Assembly: GCA_964016885.1 (NCBI GenBank)
Contig: OZ024740.1
Location: 340,194,001 to 340,258,000 of the forward strand
Direction of reading: 5' to 3'
Length of the DNA: 64,000 nt
DNA from: Eledone cirrhosa
Taxonomy: Eukaryota
Numbering within the stretch: position 1 is the stretch's first letter; each line of letters starts with the position of its first letter. The translations under genes were made by a program, and so were the position numbers. Shown piece after piece: positions 61,001-64,000 of this stretch. The notes under the pieces are model-generated. The model was not told the origin of the DNA. It was given only the letters and a program-made list of their open reading frames with translations, and searched no databases.

Positions 61001-64000
61001 CCACGCCCTTCAGTGCTTTTAGCAGACACCACTCAGTTGAAAACATTTGGACCAGGTCTCAAATTTAAGTATACATTCTTCCATCCCTCTTTCCAATTTT
61101 GGGAGCATTGTGCAGAGCTCTTCTCTTCTTGAGTAAACAGTAAAAAAAAAAAAAAAAGGAAAAAAACTACAAGCCATAGATCTGCACAATCAGTCCTGAC
61201 CTATGGCTATACAATAAGAATTCAGAGGAACTAAATACTGTAACTGTAGCTTATATAGCAATTCACTTGGCGCTGTGTGTGACTTCACCAAAACGGGCCA
61301 ATGACACTGACCTTCCCTCTTTCAATAAACAGTAATAAAAACTACAAACACTCTCTCACTATCTCGAGCGTGCATGGAGAGAGAGAGAGAGAAGAGATGA
61401 CTTCTACATGACTAGAACTGTTTCATTCATATGAAATCATCAGGAATATATATATCTTCTCTGAAGCACTAACAAAATATCAACATTCTATATAATTTAG
61501 TCCCAACATGAACTCATTTAGATTTACTCTCGCAAATCAGAAAAATACCCTCAAACGTTACAAGATATTACAATTACTAGAATATAGAAGAGATATTACC
61601 TTTCCAACTATACCAATTCCAGCATCAGCAGCTTGGATCATACTAACATCATTTCCACCATCACCTGGAGGAGAAAATGGTAATTTTGTCATAATTAGAA
61701 TCACTTTTAGTATATAAAAAAAGAAAGTTATTTTAAATTATTGAAAAGAAAAAGGCTGATGTTCTACTGCTTGGTGTGGTTGGTGATCAAATTGAGACAA
61801 CATAAGGTAGAAAGGACTCTTACTTATGTTGGAGGCATAAAACCTTTCTAGTGCTAGTATCATTACAACATGCACCCAGTACACTCTTTAAAATAGTTGG
61901 CATTTACAGTTGTAGAAATTGCACCAAAAAAGCAAAGAGTAAGGTGTAGTTCTCTGCCTCATAGGAGATTAGCAACTCCATATAAGAATTGATTTAGACC
62001 ATAACAACCTGCCCAACCCATGCCAGCATAGAAAACAAACATAAAATGATGATATTGAAAATGAAAATCCAAGAAAGCAATTTAGTGCTGGTCTAGAGCA
62101 CAACAAAACGTGAAATAGAAAGAGCTGACATGAGAAAGTAAAAGATGACAAAACATACCAACAGCACACACTATCTTTCCAATGTGGAGTTTCAACAATT
62201 TCACAATGTCAGCTTTCTGAGTTGGTGAACATCGACAGACCACTACGCAAGGACATTGGCAGGAAAGTTCCACAAATTCATGTTCGTAATAACGTAAGCA
62301 AACCTGGGAAGAAGATAGCACAAACTATTGGAATATTTGACTTAAAAATACAAATTATTTACTTTTAGTATAGAAATATTTACAAAATCACTCTTTAACA
62401 TTTTACATATGTTTTTTCGTGGATCTACAATACAAGATATCTGCATGGATTGTTGGGGAGTATTTAACAAGTTGATGTTTTTTTGTTACACTAACTACAG
62501 CTAATCCATCTACATACAGTCTCCCTCCAAAGAATTCATTTCATAGTTCATGGAGTCAGCAGATGTAAATCCTTAAAATGTTATAACATATTTCACAATA
62601 GATGGGGTATTTCAGAGCACTCTTCAACCATCATAAATCATACTGAATCTCTACTTTTCAGATACAACCCAACCTCAATCAGAAACTCTATACTTCTCAT
62701 TGGGTGCAAAACTTCAGGGCTGCCATCTTCACTGTTGCCGCAATGCAAGTTTGGACTGGAGAGATTGCACAGATGCTAGAGCAGAGTTATATAGATATAT
62801 ACTGTGACCAAGAGGTACAATGAAAGAAAGCCTCAAACTCATTACAGGTAGGAAACACAGGTACAAATTTTTCTGAGTATGAAAATGCAGGAGTGACTGG
62901 AGTAGACATATTATTGGTAGAGAAATGAATAAAGTAACTGCAGTCATCAGAGTATGTGAGAAATAATTAAGCTTAGACTAGTCAAAGGCAACATAATAGC
63001 AACAATGATCTCTGCATATGTGCCACAACCATGACTAACACGAGGAAAAAAAACTGTTTCTATTAGTCCTTCTTGCAGACTAGCCCAATGAATGACCATG
63101 ATTTATTTATCACAGCTGGTGACTTTAATGGAAAAATTGGGTAACAACATGATGTCTTCCAATATACTTAGAAACTATGGTTATGGTACAAGGGATAAAG
63201 AGAGATTAAAGCACTTGGAGTTCTGTAATGCAAATGATTGAACCAATTGGAACACTAACTTCAGAAAACTAGCCAGGAATCTGATAACCTACAACTTAAG
63301 CCAGAAAGACTTCATTCTCACCAGGAAACAAAACAGATCGTTATGAATACTAAATCATTCCCCAGTGAAGACTATACCAATCAACATAGACTAGTGATTA
63401 GTAATAGGAAAGAGCAGGACAGACATAGAGACAGAAGACAATCTGGAGAAGGAAGGTATGGAATTCTAAAGATCCCTCTGTCATATATAGGTTCGAAGAA
63501 ATACTACATGATGCAGATATCAAGAAAAAAGAGGGAGATAGAGAAATTTAACATTTGTCTTAAAATATTATTATTCATCTGAAGACGTTCCATCATTTCA
63601 GGTTGAATTATATTCCAAAAAAATCAATTTAATAATGAAAAAGTTAGTTATAATCCTCAATTACATGAAATTCTTAATTATTTTTTTTAAATCATAGGCA
63701 GTGTCTTTCATTAAAAGTATTGTAACAGAAGAGTTAAAGATTTACAGAACAAAGGAAATCAATTCAGATGATGATAATTCAGATTTAGCAGTTTTAAATC
63801 ACCAAGTTAGAGACCTTAACCTTTCCCTCTGAAGGTATTTAGAGTTGTGATGTAGTGAAATAGAAGCCAAACCTGGACGGAGTCTCCACTGATGATAAGA
63901 GCTGAATCATTCTTTCGTCGCAGGGCATTCAATTCAAGATGAGCTTCATCTCTTGTATCAACCCTTCTAAAGGTATGGATGTCCATATTGCGTGATACCA
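54594..64000 (-). CDS. ATP9B: Class II P4-type phospholipid-transporting ATPase (ATP9A/ATP9B-like), 3' nine exons; gene continues beyond the window
   Basis: complement join(54594-54730,56371-56574,57820-57877,58675-58783,59858-59989,60463-60551,61600-61664,62159-62303,63873->64000); motifs [51 protein letters not shown]; A vs B paralogue not resolvable for an invertebrate. Confidence 0.95.
55868..56206 (-). mobile_element. SINE family 2 with RTE tail (in ATP9 intron)
   Basis: Reverse complement of 27802-28147. Confidence 0.9.
56371..56574 (-). CDS. ATP9B: ATP9 exon
   Basis: [38 protein letters not shown]...FKDFF. Confidence 0.95.
57820..57877 (-). CDS. ATP9B: ATP9 exon
   Basis: [19 protein letters not shown]. 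Confidence 0.95.
58675..58783 (-). CDS. ATP9B: ATP9 exon
   Basis: [36 protein letters not shown]. Confidence 0.95.
58992..59229. mobile_element. piggyBac-type MITE family B
   Basis: TTAA-CCCTTTCATTACCA ... TGGTATCAAAAGGG-TTGA. Confidence 0.75.
59858..59989 (-). CDS. ATP9B: ATP9 exon
   Basis: [44 protein letters not shown]. Confidence 0.95.
60463..60551 (-). CDS. ATP9B: ATP9 exon
   Basis: [29 protein letters not shown]. Confidence 0.95.
61600..61664 (-). CDS. ATP9B: ATP9 exon
   Basis: [22 protein letters not shown]. Confidence 0.95.
62159..62303 (-). CDS. ATP9B: ATP9 exon
   Basis: [48 protein letters not shown]. Confidence 0.95.
63873..64000 (-). CDS. ATP9B: ATP9 exon (partial)
   Basis: [42 protein letters not shown] then GT donor. 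Confidence 0.92.

Overview
AT-rich, repeat-dense eukaryotic (animal) genomic DNA. The SINE/RTE/CR1 repertoire and the (CAT)n, (TA)n and (CATA)n microsatellites suggest a cephalopod mollusc such as Octopus; this is an inference. Two spliced host genes are convergent in the right third. POP4/RPP29 (RNase P/MRP subunit) is on the + strand with 6 coding exons at 42621-51135 (226 aa). The 3' part of a class-II P4-ATPase flippase (ATP9A/B-like) is on the - strand with 9 exons at 54594-64000 and runs off the window. The rest is mostly transposable elements: RTE, CR1, Tx1/L1 and CRE-like LINE fragments, two tRNA-derived SINE families, TTAA (piggyBac-type) and TA (Tc1/mariner-type) MITEs, a non-autonomous Helitron, a Gypsy integrase+LTR relic, and a complete compact 4.2-kb Gypsy-type LTR retrotransposon (33683-37880). 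The most striking observation concerns that element's primer-binding site, AGCTATTTCGGC. It is not the canonical TGG-type; it is the exact reverse complement of the first 12 nt (5' end) of metazoan tRNA-Phe, implying priming by a short 5' tRNA fragment. The same element carries a textbook -1 frameshift signal and ETS-motif tandem repeats in its LTRs. All calls were made by eye; no database searches were run.
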